Source: Candidatus Gilichinskyi gelida
Lineage (GTDB): Bacteria; Acidobacteriota; Thermoanaerobaculia; Gp7-AA8
DNA: 64,000 nucleotides
Direction: 5' to 3'
Assembly: GCA_038040385.1 (NCBI GenBank)
Contig: JBBPII010000021.1
Location: forward strand, 36,614-100,613
Shown here: positions 48,059 to 57,038 of the stretch, in pieces
Layout of the letters: every line of letters begins with the position of its first letter
Position numbering within the stretch: position 1 is the stretch's first letter
Notes under the pieces: model-generated
Databases searched by the model: none
Told to the model about the DNA's origin: nothing
What the model saw: only the letters and a program-made list of their open reading frames with translations
Program-made: the position numbers and the translations under genes

Positions 48059-50402
48059 TCAAGACGGCCGCAATTGACGCGGCCAGCCCAAGATAGAACG
48101 TCAGCGGGAAGTAGTGAACGCGGACGTCCCACTCTCCCGGCGGCACGGTGAAGCCGAGGAACGGGCCGTTGACCGGCTGCGGCGCGACGCGGCGGCCGTT
48201 GCGCGTCACCCGCCACCCCGGCCACCACGGCTGGCTGCTGACGATCAGCGCGTGGCGCGGCGCGCGGATGTGGAGGAGGAAGTCGGTCGGATTCGCCTCC
48301 ACGATCGTCACCGACGGCTCCGGCGCCGTGAGCGGACGCGGGAGGAGGAGGTCGAGGCGCATCCGGTCGCTGTCGACCAGCAGGGTCTTCACCACCGCGG
48401 TCCGCGAGAAATCCTTCTGAGCGACCAGTCGCTGCACGAAGCGATCGCCCTTGAACTCCAGCACGATGTTGCGCGCGGGATAGAAGCGCGGCAGGACGTC
48501 GGTGTTCTCGAAGATGCGGCCGTCGCGGCCGTCGTAGACCAGGTGGAAGCGCTGCGGGTCGCGCATCTCCAGGTTGTGCGCGCCGACGACGTACTTCACG
48601 TTGAGGTAGTCGAGCAGCCGCGAGTCGAGGTCGTTCCACTTGGCGAAGTAGTCGTCGGTATTGACGTTTGCCATCAGCCGCAGCGCGCCGAGGTAGCGGC
48701 CGTTGGCCATCGGATCGTGCGCCCGGACGTCCTCGAAGCCGTAGATGGCATTGGTGTTCGGAAACAGCGCCGGCCCAATGCCGATGACCCGTGTAGGGGC
48801 GCCCGCTCCGGGCGCCCGCAGCTCAGCGAGTTTGTCGATCAGCGGCGTGCGTGGATACATCGCGCTCGCCGGGAGAACCGGATTCCACCCCGCGGCGGCC
48901 GCCCACAGCTCGCCGACGACCGCCGTGGCGAGCACACACGCGCCGAGATCGCGCCAGCGCACCGGCAGCGCGAGTAGCGCCGCAGCGGCCAGGGTGATGA
49001 TGCTCGGGAACATCGCCAGCATCGCCATGTCCACCGCCGCCTGCGTCGGAAACGCCGTGGTCATCACCAGATAGAGGAGGCCCGCGCCGGTGATGCCGAC
49101 CCCCGTCAGCAGCCAGACCGGGCGCTCGCGGCGGGTGATGTCGACGATCGCCGCCGCCATCAACGCGATGACGAAACAGAACAGCAGGCGCAGGCGCGCG
49201 TTCGCCGCCAGGCGGAAGACGAAGTGGAAGAACGACCCGACGCCCGGCCAGTCGAGGATGACGGCGAGCACGAACAGCGCGGCGACGACGAAGAAGAACT
49301 CGCGGTCGCGGAAGCGCCGCAAGGCGATGGCGCGCAGCAGCAGCGCGAACCAGGCCGCGACGCCGAGCGCGCCGGCGAAGCCGCTGATCGACTCCGCGGC
49401 CGGCGCGGTGCTCCACGGCTTGTCCGCCGGCAGATGACCGAAGAAGTGCGGCTGGAAGAGCACGATCATCGACGGGAAGTCGGAGAAGGGGACGTCGACG
49501 TTGAGCTGCGGATTGGCCTTTAGCTCCTGGTATCTTTTCGACTTGGTCACTGCCTCGGCGAAGGTCGCCAGGAACGGCGCGGCGACGATGGCGGCCACGG
49601 CGATGGCGCCGGCCAGCGCGCCGATCGCGCGCCACCCACCTTTCCGCTCCACGAGCACGATCCATAGTCCAAACAGCCCGCAGAGCAGCGTGACGTGCGA
49701 GACGGTCTCCGGGTGTCCGCCGAACAGCATCACCGCCCACACCACGACGGCGAAGACGAAGCGCGCGTATGTGCGCCGCTCGAAGAGGAGGTCGACGGCG
49801 AGCATGGCCGCCGGCAGCCAGACGCCGACGGTGACCAGCGGAAAGTGCAGCCATGTATTGTTGAACGTGCAGAAGGCGAAGCAGATCGCGCCGACGGCGC
49901 TCGGCAGCTCGGCGTACCGCCGCCGGCCCAGCAGGTACATGAACGTCAGCGCGATCAGCAGCTTCATCGCCGCCTCGGCGGTCATCGAGTAGCCGAGCGG
50001 CAGCGGCAGCGCGAGGAGGCGAATCGGCGACAGCGCCGAGCTCTGACCGTTCGCCAGCAGCGGGTAACCGGCTCCGGAGAGGTGGTTCCACAGCGGGAAG
50101 TGCAGCGAGCGCCACGACGCGCGAACCTGGTGGGCCCACGGTACGATCTGCATCGGCAGGTCGTTCATGATCGGATTCGAGGGATGCGGCCGCGCCCCCA
50201 CTTCGCTCCACGGCGGCAGGATGCGGACGAAGTCGACCGGGACGTTGACCGCGTCCTGGGTCATGGGGCGGAAGAGGAACAGAAGCACCAGAACGTAGAA
50301 GAACGCGGCGACGCCCCACGGCAGATCGACGCCCCGCTTCCGCGCGAGCCAGACGGCCAGCGCGTAGAGCGCGGCGACGTACAGCCAGGTGGGGTTAAAC
50401 AC
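47991..50402 (-). CDS. YfhO-family membrane protein, paralogue 1
   Basis: Long polytopic protein homologous along its whole length to the upstream paralogue: ...NPTWLYVAALYALAVWLARKRG...PMQIVPWAHQVRASW...PFLATFAEAV.... The inferred GTG start at 50402 overlaps paralogue 2's stop (GTGTTTAA). The YfhO family assignment is from memory of its size and topology. Confidence 0.65.
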   Translation of the reverse strand: MFNPTWLYVAALYALAVWLARKRGVDLPWGVAAFFYVLVLLFLFRPMTQDAVNVPVDFVRILPPWSEVGARPHPSNPIMNDLPMQIVPWAHQVRASWRSLHFPLWNHLSGAGYPLLANGQSSALSPIRLLALPLPLGYSMTAEAAMKLLIALTFMYLLGRRRYAELPSAVGAICFAFCTFNNTWLHFPLVTVGVWLPAAMLAVDLLFERRTYARFVFAVVVWAVMLFGGHPETVSHVTLLCGLFGLWIVLVERKGGWRAIGALAGAIAVAAIVAAPFLATFAEAVTKSKRYQELKANPQLNVDVPFSDFPSMIVLFQPHFFGHLPADKPWSTAPAAESISGFAGALGVAAWFALLLRAIALRRFRDREFFFVVAALFVLAVILDWPGVGSFFHFVFRLAANARLRLLFCFVIALMAAAIVDITRRERPVWLLTGVGITGAGLLYLVMTTAFPTQAAVDMAMLAMFPSIITLAAAALLALPVRWRDLGACVLATAVVGELWAAAAGWNPVLPASAMYPRTPLIDKLAELRAPGAGAPTRVIGIGPALFPNTNAIYGFEDVRAHDPMANGRYLGALRLMANVNTDDYFAKWNDLDSRLLDYLNVKYVVGAHNLEMRDPQRFHLVYDGRDGRIFENTDVLPRFYPARNIVLEFKGDRFVQRLVAQKDFSRTAVVKTLLVDSDRMRLDLLLPRPLTAPEPSVTIVEANPTDFLLHIRAPRHALIVSSQPWWPGWRVTRNGRRVAPQPVNGPFLGFTVPPGEWDVRVHYFPLTFYLGLAASIAAVLSLCFGAKRRSIWRPRAQVGTRS

Positions 50403-52533
50403 GGGCGCGGATGATATACGCCGCCAGCGCGAGAGCCGTGGCCAGCGCGACGGCGAACGCGGCGTAGATGTGCAGCGGACGATAGCGGACGCGGACGACG
50501 TGATGTCCGGCGGGGACGTCGAACTCAACGAACGGAGCGCCGGCGTCCCGCCGGCTGGCCAGGCGGCGTCCCGCCGCCGCGGGCGGGGACGCCCGCGAGC
50601 CAGCCGGCGAGGACGCCGGCGCTCCACTCACTTGCCACCCCCGCGCCCACCCGACCGTGCTCATGATCCGCGCGGGTTTCGCGGCGTCGATGACGAGCGT
50701 GTAATCGGTCGGCGTAGCTATAGTAACGGTTACTATAGCGCCATCGGAGTAGAACCGCGGCTTGGCGTTCCGGTTCTCGTAAAGGCGTCCGTCGGGACCG
50801 TCGTAGCGAAGAACGTACGGCGCATCGCGTCCCGGCTCGGTTAGAACCCAGCGGAAGTCCTTCGCCTCGGTCCACTTCACGTAGTAGTCGTTCGCGTTCA
50901 GACCCATGGCCTGGACGTAGCGCGCCGGCACCATCGGGTCGTGGAAGCGAACGTCCTCGATGCCGAAGATGACGTTGGTATTCGGGAAGAGCACCGGGCC
51001 TATGCCCACCACCTGCCCGCGCACTTTTGTCACCGCATCGATGAGCGGCGTGCGCGGATAGAACGTGCTCGCCGAGCGGACGGGATTCCATCCGATGGTG
51101 ACCGCGCAGATCTCGACCGTCACCGCCAGGAGAACGAGCATCGGCGCGAACCGCCAGCGGAAGAACATCGCCGTGGCGACGACGAGTGCGATCGCGCTCG
51201 GCACGGCGCCGGCGAAGCCGAAGTGCCGGCCGACGTACAGCAGCACCGCCGCCCCGAACGCCAGCCCCACGCCGAGCGCGACACTCCGAACGCGCTCGAC
51301 CAGCGCCGCCGTGAGCACGGCCAGCATGAACGCGAGGAGAAACCGAAGGCGCATATTCGCGGCGAGGCCGAAGACGACGTCCGCCACGCGCGTCGCCGGA
51401 TGCCAATTGGCTAGCACCAGAAAGACGAACAGCGACGCGGCGACGAAGAAGAGCTCCGCGCGATTTCGTTTGCGAACCGAGTCGATGGCCACCGCCAGCC
51501 ACGCCGCGATCCCCAGGATCCCGGCGAAGCCGGTGATCGACTCCGCGCCGGCGGGGTTCTGGCGGCCGAACAGCCGCGGCTGCGCCAGCAGCGCCAGCGA
51601 CGGGAAGTCGGAGAACGGCACCTCGCGGCTCCACTGCTTCACCTGCTGGTAGCGATACGACTGCGGGATGGCCTCCCCCATCGCCACCAGCAGCGGCAGC
51701 GCAAGCAACACAGCGACCATCGCCGCCGCGGCAAATCGCCCCAGCGACCGCGGATGCATCACCAGCGCGTAGAGCGCCGCGAATGCTGCGATGTGCAGCC
51801 CGGTCTCCGGATGCCCGCCGAAGACCACCAGCGCTCCGGTCACCGCCATGAACGCGAATCGCGCAGGTGCCTGCCCTGAGCGAAGCCGAAGGGTCCGCGT
51901 CTCCGCGAGCAGGTCGATCGCATACAGCACCGCCGGCAGGAACACCGCGGTCGTGGCGATGGCGAAGTGCAGCCAGACGATGACGAACGGCCCGAAGCCG
52001 AAGCAGATCGCCGCCAGCACGCTCGGCACGACGCCGTATCCGCGTCGGCGGCAGTAGAGAAAGGTGAAGGTGAGCGCGATGAGGATCTTCATCGCCCCTT
52101 CCGCCGTGATGGCGTACTTCAGCGGCAGCGGCAGCGCGAGCATCCGCAGCGACGAGAGCGCCTGCGCCTGCCCGTTGCCGAGGAGCGTGTAGCCGCAGCC
52201 GGTCAGCTCGTTCCACAGCGGCAGCCGGCCGTGGCGCCACGCCTCGCGCACCTGGTGCATCCACGGCACGAGCTGCATCGGCACGTCCTGGGTCTCGAAG
52301 TTCGAGACCTGGTACTTCGTGAATCCCGGCGCGCTCGCCGACCACGGCGGGATGAGCTTCGGGACGTCGGTGGCGATGTTGACGAAGTCGCCGGTCATCG
52401 GCCGGAAGAGGAAGGCGACCGTGAGGACGTAGAAGAGCAGCGCCACGCGCCGCGGCAGCTCGACGCCGCCGCGCCGCGCCAGCCACACCGCCAGGGCGCA
52501 CAGCGCGCCAACGTACAGCCAGGTGACGTTCAT
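50395..52533 (-). CDS. YfhO-family membrane protein, paralogue 2 (carries an in-frame repeat-B insertion near its C-terminus)
   Basis: The start is MNVTWLYVGALCALAVWLARRGG (cat at 52531-52533). Relative to paralogue 1, the C-terminal region gains ~28 aa (APASSPAGSRASPPAAAGRRLASRRDAG) encoded by repeat B2. Confidence 0.65.
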   Translation of the reverse strand: MNVTWLYVGALCALAVWLARRGGVELPRRVALLFYVLTVAFLFRPMTGDFVNIATDVPKLIPPWSASAPGFTKYQVSNFETQDVPMQLVPWMHQVREAWRHGRLPLWNELTGCGYTLLGNGQAQALSSLRMLALPLPLKYAITAEGAMKILIALTFTFLYCRRRGYGVVPSVLAAICFGFGPFVIVWLHFAIATTAVFLPAVLYAIDLLAETRTLRLRSGQAPARFAFMAVTGALVVFGGHPETGLHIAAFAALYALVMHPRSLGRFAAAAMVAVLLALPLLVAMGEAIPQSYRYQQVKQWSREVPFSDFPSLALLAQPRLFGRQNPAGAESITGFAGILGIAAWLAVAIDSVRKRNRAELFFVAASLFVFLVLANWHPATRVADVVFGLAANMRLRFLLAFMLAVLTAALVERVRSVALGVGLAFGAAVLLYVGRHFGFAGAVPSAIALVVATAMFFRWRFAPMLVLLAVTVEICAVTIGWNPVRSASTFYPRTPLIDAVTKVRGQVVGIGPVLFPNTNVIFGIEDVRFHDPMVPARYVQAMGLNANDYYVKWTEAKDFRWVLTEPGRDAPYVLRYDGPDGRLYENRNAKPRFYSDGAIVTVTIATPTDYTLVIDAAKPARIMSTVGWARGWQVSGAPASSPAGSRASPPAAAGRRLASRRDAGAPFVEFDVPAGHHVVRVRYRPLHIYAAFAVALATALALAAYIIRARV
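50538..50630. repeat. Family B element, copy B2, inserted in frame in yfhO paralogue 2
   Basis: gcgccggcgtcccgccggctggccaggcggcgtcccgccgccgcgggcggggacgcccgcgagccagccggcgaggacgccggcgctccac. Confidence 0.75.
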
Positions 52534-53285
52534 GACAGGCGGCGGACCAGCGCCTTCGCGCGCGCGAACGCGTCGGCGTCGCCGTCGAGGATGGCGCGCG
52601 CCGCGTCCATCAGCGCGTCGAGGTGCGGCGCGATGTTCTCGCGGTTCGCCGCCAGCACCGGCATCCACACCGCCGCGTCGCTTTCGGCTAAGCGGAGGAA
52701 GGTCTTCAATCCGCTCCCGGCGAATCGCTCCAGGCCGCCGCGCTCGCCGATGACCGTAGCGAGTGCCGTCGACAACACCTGTGGCAGGTGGCTGGTCAGC
52801 GCCACCGCGCGGTCATGCTCTTCGGCCGAGACACGCTCGGAGCGCGCCCCGCATGCGTCGATGATGTCGGCGACCAGTTGCTCATCGCGGTCGACGAACC
52901 ACGGCTTCCCCACGAACAAATCACCGCGCGCTGCGACCAGACCGCGGCGCTCGGAGCCGGCCAGGGGATGCCCCGCTACAAACGAGACGTGACTGGCGTC
53001 CGCCACCGCGCGCAGCGGCCCCATCACGCTGCAGACGGAAGTCAATGTAGGACGGGCTTCAGCCCGTCGAACCACATCAACAGCCGCATCGACCGGCATC
53101 GCCAGAATCACGACGTCCGCGCCTTGGCGATCGTCGTCATCCGCAGCGCCCGCGGCGCGCGCCTCGTCCAGCGCGACGTTCGGGTCGTCGAAGCTGACGC
53201 GCCAGCCCGCGCGGCGCAGCGCGATGCCAATCGATCCTCCGATGAGGCCCAAACCGGCGATCAGCGCATGCCGCGCGGTGGGCAT
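52530..53285 (-). CDS. tyrA: prephenate dehydrogenase
   Basis: ALIAGLGLIGGSIGIAL (NAD-binding)...VVILAMPVDA...SVCSVMGPL...FVAGHPLAGSE. It contains the repeat-C hairpin in frame. Confidence 0.8.
   Translation of the reverse strand: MPTARHALIAGLGLIGGSIGIALRRAGWRVSFDDPNVALDEARAAGAADDDDRQGADVVILAMPVDAAVDVVRRAEARPTLTSVCSVMGPLRAVADASHVSFVAGHPLAGSERRGLVAARGDLFVGKPWFVDRDEQLVADIIDACGARSERVSAEEHDRAVALTSHLPQVLSTALATVIGERGGLERFAGSGLKTFLRLAESDAAVWMPVLAANRENIAPHLDALMDAARAILDGDADAFARAKALVRRLS
53042..53068. repeat. Family C hairpin, single copy inside tyrA coding sequence
   Basis: tcaatgtagGACGGGCTTCAGCCCGTCg is 26/27 identical to 5178-5204. It is read in frame as ...RRAEARPTLT... in TyrA. Confidence 0.75.
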
Positions 53286-53821
53286 CAGCGCGCCATCAGG
53301 ATGATCGTGCGGTCGACCACCTGCGAGGTGGTGATGTCAAAGTACGGCCGCTGGATGGTGACGCGCGGCCGGTTCGGCTTCGGCGCGATCTCCGCCGCAC
53401 GATACGTGCCGGCGGCCTTCGACGTGTCGACCTTCAGGTTCAGCTTCTGGATCATGTCGGCGGCCGCCTTGATGTCCGTCGCCATGTCGCCGGTCCGGTA
53501 GTACGCCGGCGGCTTGGCCGCGCTGAGGTCGTTCGTCGCGTCGGGCGCGATAGACGGGTATCCATACGCCTTGGCGTAGAACTGCGCGACCTGATCGACC
53601 GAGGCTTCGCTGTCGTACACCGCCATCGGCGGGATCTCCTCGGTCGGGTGGTAGGCCTTGGAGGCCTGTTTGAACAGTTCGGTGACCTGCTGGAGGTACC
53701 GCGATCCGGGGTAGATCGTGAACTGGAAGGTCGCCGGCTCGGTCGATTCCGGCTTCGTTTCGCCCTTGCAACCGGCGATGGCCACGACCGCAACCAGCAT
53801 TAGATATTTGAGGTTACGCAT
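53285..53821 (-). CDS. hypothetical lipoprotein
   Basis: Lipobox MRNLKYLMLVAVVAIAGC. Confidence 0.5.
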   Translation of the reverse strand: MRNLKYLMLVAVVAIAGCKGETKPESTEPATFQFTIYPGSRYLQQVTELFKQASKAYHPTEEIPPMAVYDSEASVDQVAQFYAKAYGYPSIAPDATNDLSAAKPPAYYRTGDMATDIKAAADMIQKLNLKVDTSKAAGTYRAAEIAPKPNRPRVTIQRPYFDITTSQVVDRTIILMAR

Positions 53822-53834
53822 GATCGGGAAGATT

Positions 53835-54149
53835 TCACAGTCCGGCGTACTTCGCAAGCGGCGTCCCGACGGCGTCTTCGAAGCGCTGCGCGTACGACTT
53901 GATGGCGCCCGAGGGCTCGTCGAGGAAGATCCGCTCGACGCGAAAAAGCGGCACGAACATGGTGATCAGATCGAGGTTCGGCTCGTCTCCGTGCGCCACC
54001 TGCCGCACCCAATCGTCGAATGAGTCGAGGTTGATGGCCCGCAGGGTGATCCCCGCCGCCGACAGCGCCGTCAGCACGCCGAAGAACTTCTCCTTCGGAT
54101 TGACCAGATTGATGATCACCAGCGCGTTCTTGTCGAAACCTTCGATCAT
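53835..54149 (-). CDS. small hypothetical protein (104 aa)
   Basis: Intact ORF tightly packed between an MCE-like gene and a lipoprotein gene. I recognise no domain. Confidence 0.35.
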   Translation of the reverse strand: MIEGFDKNALVIINLVNPKEKFFGVLTALSAAGITLRAINLDSFDDWVRQVAHGDEPNLDLITMFVPLFRVERIFLDEPSGAIKSYAQRFEDAVGTPLAKYAGL

Positions 54150-54562
54150 GTGTCATCCCGAGCGAAGTCGAGGGACTCGCTCAACTCGATCAGCACGCCG
54201 TTGCCGGCCGCCGGATGCAGGAACGCCACGCGGCACCCGTGCGCGCCCGGCACCGGCGCCTCGTCAACGAGGCGAAAGCCCGCCGCCTTCAGACGCACCA
54301 GATGCTCCTCGAGATTCGTCACCTGCAGGCAGATGTGGTGGATCCCCTCCCCTCGCTTCTCGATGAACTTCGCGATCGGGCTGTCAGCGCCCGTCGGCTC
54401 GAGCAGCTCCAGGTTCGCATCGCCGGCGGAGAGGAACGCCGTGCGCACGCCTTGTGTCTCGACCGTCTCGACGTGGTCGATGGTGAGGCCCAACGCCTCG
54501 TAGATTTTGGCGGCGTCGATCGATCGAACGGCGATCCCGATGTGATCGAGTACCGGTTTCAT
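54146..54562 (-). CDS. methylmalonyl-CoA epimerase-like VOC/glyoxalase-fold protein
   Basis: [12 protein letters not shown]...GEGIHHICLQV...GVLIEL. Confidence 0.7.
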   Translation of the reverse strand: MKPVLDHIGIAVRSIDAAKIYEALGLTIDHVETVETQGVRTAFLSAGDANLELLEPTGADSPIAKFIEKRGEGIHHICLQVTNLEEHLVRLKAAGFRLVDEAPVPGAHGCRVAFLHPAAGNGVLIELSESLDFARDDT

Positions 54563-55191
54563 ACCCCGCGCGCCTCCGCCCCCCAGATGTGCTTGTGCAA
54601 CTGTGTCTGCAGCCGCGCGGCGACGCGGTCGGCGAGCATCCATTCGGCGAGCGATTTCATGTCCATCTCTCCCCACACCGGCGAAAAGAGCACCGTCCAG
54701 CGATCGAGATTCTTCTCCGCCACGATGCGTTTGGCGAAATCGTAATCGGTACGATCGGCGATGACGAACTTGATCTCGTCGTGCGGCCGCAGCGCGTCGA
54801 GGTTCTCCCAGCGGTTCTTGGCCGCCTCGCCGGAGCCGGGGCACTTCACGTCGAGGATGATCTTGGCGCGACGGTCGACGGGCGTGATGTCGATCGACCC
54901 CGAGGTTTCGATCAGAACTTCGAAGCCCTCGTCGCAGAGCTTTCGGATCAGATCGAACGCCTCGCTTTGCGCCAGCGGCTCGCCGCCGGTGATCTCCACC
55001 AGCTTGCAGCCGTAGCCGCGCACGCGCGCCAGGACGTCGTCGAGCGACATCTTCTCGCCGCCGGTGAACGTGTATTCCGAGTCGCACCAACGGCAGCGCA
55101 GGTTGCAGCCCGTGAGGCGGACGAAGACGCACGGACGGCCGGCGTGGCTCGACTCGCCCTGGATGCTGTGGAAGATCTCAGTGACGCGCAT
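54559..55191 (-). CDS. queE: 7-carboxy-7-deazaguanine synthase (radical SAM)
   Basis: [14 protein letters not shown]...[15 protein letters not shown]...EITGGEP. Confidence 0.85.
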   Translation of the reverse strand: MRVTEIFHSIQGESSHAGRPCVFVRLTGCNLRCRWCDSEYTFTGGEKMSLDDVLARVRGYGCKLVEITGGEPLAQSEAFDLIRKLCDEGFEVLIETSGSIDITPVDRRAKIILDVKCPGSGEAAKNRWENLDALRPHDEIKFVIADRTDYDFAKRIVAEKNLDRWTVLFSPVWGEMDMKSLAEWMLADRVAARLQTQLHKHIWGAEARGV

Positions 55192-55852
55192 ACGTCGTGG
55201 GATCGGGAACGCCCGCCTCCTCGAATCCCTTCCGGCGCAGGATGCACGAGTCGCAGTGCCCGCACGCCCGTCCCTCCCCGTCGGGGTCGTAGCAGGAATG
55301 GGTGAGCGCATAGTCGACGCCCAACTCGGTGCCGCGACGGATGATGTCCGCCTTCGACATGGTCATGAGCGGCGCGACGATGCGCGGCTCGCCGCGCTCG
55401 ACGCCGCTGCGCGTGCCGGTGACGATCACCCGCTGGAAGGCGTCGATGAACTCCGGCCGGCAGTCGGGATAGCCGCTGAAGTCCACCGCGTTCACCCCCA
55501 GCCAGATCTCCCCTGCCCCCCGCGCCTCGGCGAACCCCAGCGCGACGGCCAGGAAGATCGTGTTCCGCGCCGGCACGTACGTCACCGGGATCCCCGGCGC
55601 CCCCACCGCGTCCTTCGGCACCGCGACGTTGCCCGTCAACGCGCTCCCCCCAAACAGCCGCAGGTCGATCGGAAAGACGATGTGCTCCTCCACCCCCATC
55701 GCACCCGCCACCCGCCGCGCCGCCGCCAGCTCGATCTCGTGCCGCTGTCCGTAAACGAACGACAGCGCGTGGCAGGTGCTCCCCTCGCGTTTGGCAAGGG
55801 CGAGGACGGTGGCGGAGTCGAGGCCGCCGGAGAGGAGGATGACGGCTCTCAC
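55178..55852 (-). CDS. queC: 7-cyano-7-deazaguanine synthase
   Basis: [18 protein letters not shown] (PP-loop)...C-terminal zinc ligands [18 protein letters not shown] prefer a GTG start overlapping the hicB stop (GTGA); the alternative ATG is at 55918. Confidence 0.8.
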   Translation of the reverse strand: MRAVILLSGGLDSATVLALAKREGSTCHALSFVYGQRHEIELAAARRVAGAMGVEEHIVFPIDLRLFGGSALTGNVAVPKDAVGAPGIPVTYVPARNTIFLAVALGFAEARGAGEIWLGVNAVDFSGYPDCRPEFIDAFQRVIVTGTRSGVERGEPRIVAPLMTMSKADIIRRGTELGVDYALTHSCYDPDGEGRACGHCDSCILRRKGFEEAGVPDPTTYARH

Positions 55853-56067
55853 GCGTACATCAGGCGTCCACGAGGCTCCGGGATCGTCCTCCCCAACTCG
55901 CGGGCCGTTTGAATCCACTCGCTGATGACAACCTTCACGTTTGCGATCGCCGCCTCGTACGTCGCGCCGTCCGCGGCACAGCCGGGGAGCTCCGGCACGT
56001 CTGCGATGAAGGCGTCGTCTTCAGCGCTCCAGTAAATGATGACTTCGTAGCGCGGGTCAGGTTCCAT
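55849..56067 (-). CDS. hicB: HicB-family antitoxin (UPF0150-type, short form), orphan
   Basis: [60 protein letters not shown] found no hicA-like ORF in any frame of the 210-bp upstream gap. Confidence 0.65.
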   Translation of the reverse strand: MEPDPRYEVIIYWSAEDDAFIADVPELPGCAADGATYEAAIANVKVVISEWIQTARELGRTIPEPRGRLMYA

Positions 56068-56281
56068 CGATCTCTCCCGACAGGTCAGAGATGTTCAGGT
56101 TAGAGCTACCGGGCGGATCTTCGCCAGAAGCTTCGCCCGAGCAGACACCGGCAGGAAGATACCAGAGGCGGCGGTCTTCGGAGAGTAGACGACTCCGCGC
56201 ATAGCGCTCTGCATCGTGGCAATTCCTGGCTGCACAACCGGTGGAGCCTCAGCGAATCTGCTATCGTCTCCGAGAGGACAA

Positions 56282-57001
56282 ATGCGAGTGGCTGCTGTCG
56301 ATCTATACGAGGGAAGAGACCCGCGCGACATCCCCGCCTACTCCTTCAGAGAAGTGGCGCTCAGCATCGGTGTGCCTGCGTCGACTGTGCGCGCCTGGTG
56401 CCTCGGGCAATCGAACTTCAAGTCACTGCTCGGACTCCCTGCACAGTGGAGCCACTATCACGCATTGTCGTTCTTCAACCTGATCGAGATGCAGGTGATC
56501 GCGGAGCTTCGACGCGAGCACAAGGTCTCCATGAGCCGGGTACGCGAAGCGCTGCGCTTTCTCGCGAAGAATGTTCCGGTCCGTCACCCCCTCGTCGAGA
56601 GCGAGCTGTACGTCACGCCGAATCAGCGCGTGTACATCGTTCACGCCGGACGCCACATCGACATATCCGCGGGAGGTCAGTGGCCTCTCGATGCCGTGAT
56701 TCGTAACTTGCTTCGCCGAGTCCACCGCGGTCGCAATGGGATCCTGGCGTTCTTTCCGCGAGTCACGCCCCCGAAGGGCACTTCGCTGGTGGAAGATGAA
56801 TATGCCCCGATCATGGTCGATCCCGAGATCTGTTTCGGCAGACCGGTCATCGCTGGAAGCGGGATTCCGACCGACGTGATCGCAGACCGTTATCTCGGCG
56901 GTGATGCGCCGAGGAAGATGGCGGAGGACTACGATCTCTCCGAAGAGCAGATTGCGGCAGCGCTCCGGTTCGAGCGCGTCATCGAACCTGACGCAGCTTG
57001 A
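56282..57001 (+). CDS. HTH-extended DUF433-domain protein (antitoxin-like)
   Basis: The C-terminus PEICFGRPVIAGSGIPTDVIADRYLGGDAPRKMAEDYDLSEEQIAAALRFE matches the DUF433 pattern (GRPxIxGTRIxV...EDYP.L..E.I.AAL.YA). The N-terminus AYSFREVALSIGVPASTVRAWC is HTH-like. RBS GAGAGGA. Confidence 0.6.
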   Translation: MRVAAVDLYEGRDPRDIPAYSFREVALSIGVPASTVRAWCLGQSNFKSLLGLPAQWSHYHALSFFNLIEMQVIAELRREHKVSMSRVREALRFLAKNVPVRHPLVESELYVTPNQRVYIVHAGRHIDISAGGQWPLDAVIRNLLRRVHRGRNGILAFFPRVTPPKGTSLVEDEYAPIMVDPEICFGRPVIAGSGIPTDVIADRYLGGDAPRKMAEDYDLSEEQIAAALRFERVIEPDAA

Positions 57002-57038
57002 CCCGCCGGGCATCACGTACTTCTTCGATTGCACGAAC

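Noticed and set aside
54150-54180. gtcatcccgagcgaagtcgagggactcgc motif at the MCE stop/small ORF start, as a possible fifth family-A copy
   Set aside because: Only the outer-stem half (GTCATCC(C/T)GAGCG) is similar. There is no matching inverted partner within 120 bp. It may be a decayed half-site, so I did not list it as a repeat feature.
56068-56281. Search for a hicA toxin upstream of hicB (78-aa ORF 56095..56331 -)
   Set aside because: I translated all three minus-strand frames. None shows the HicA pattern (GW...R..GSHH...HP). The 78-aa ORF is low complexity.
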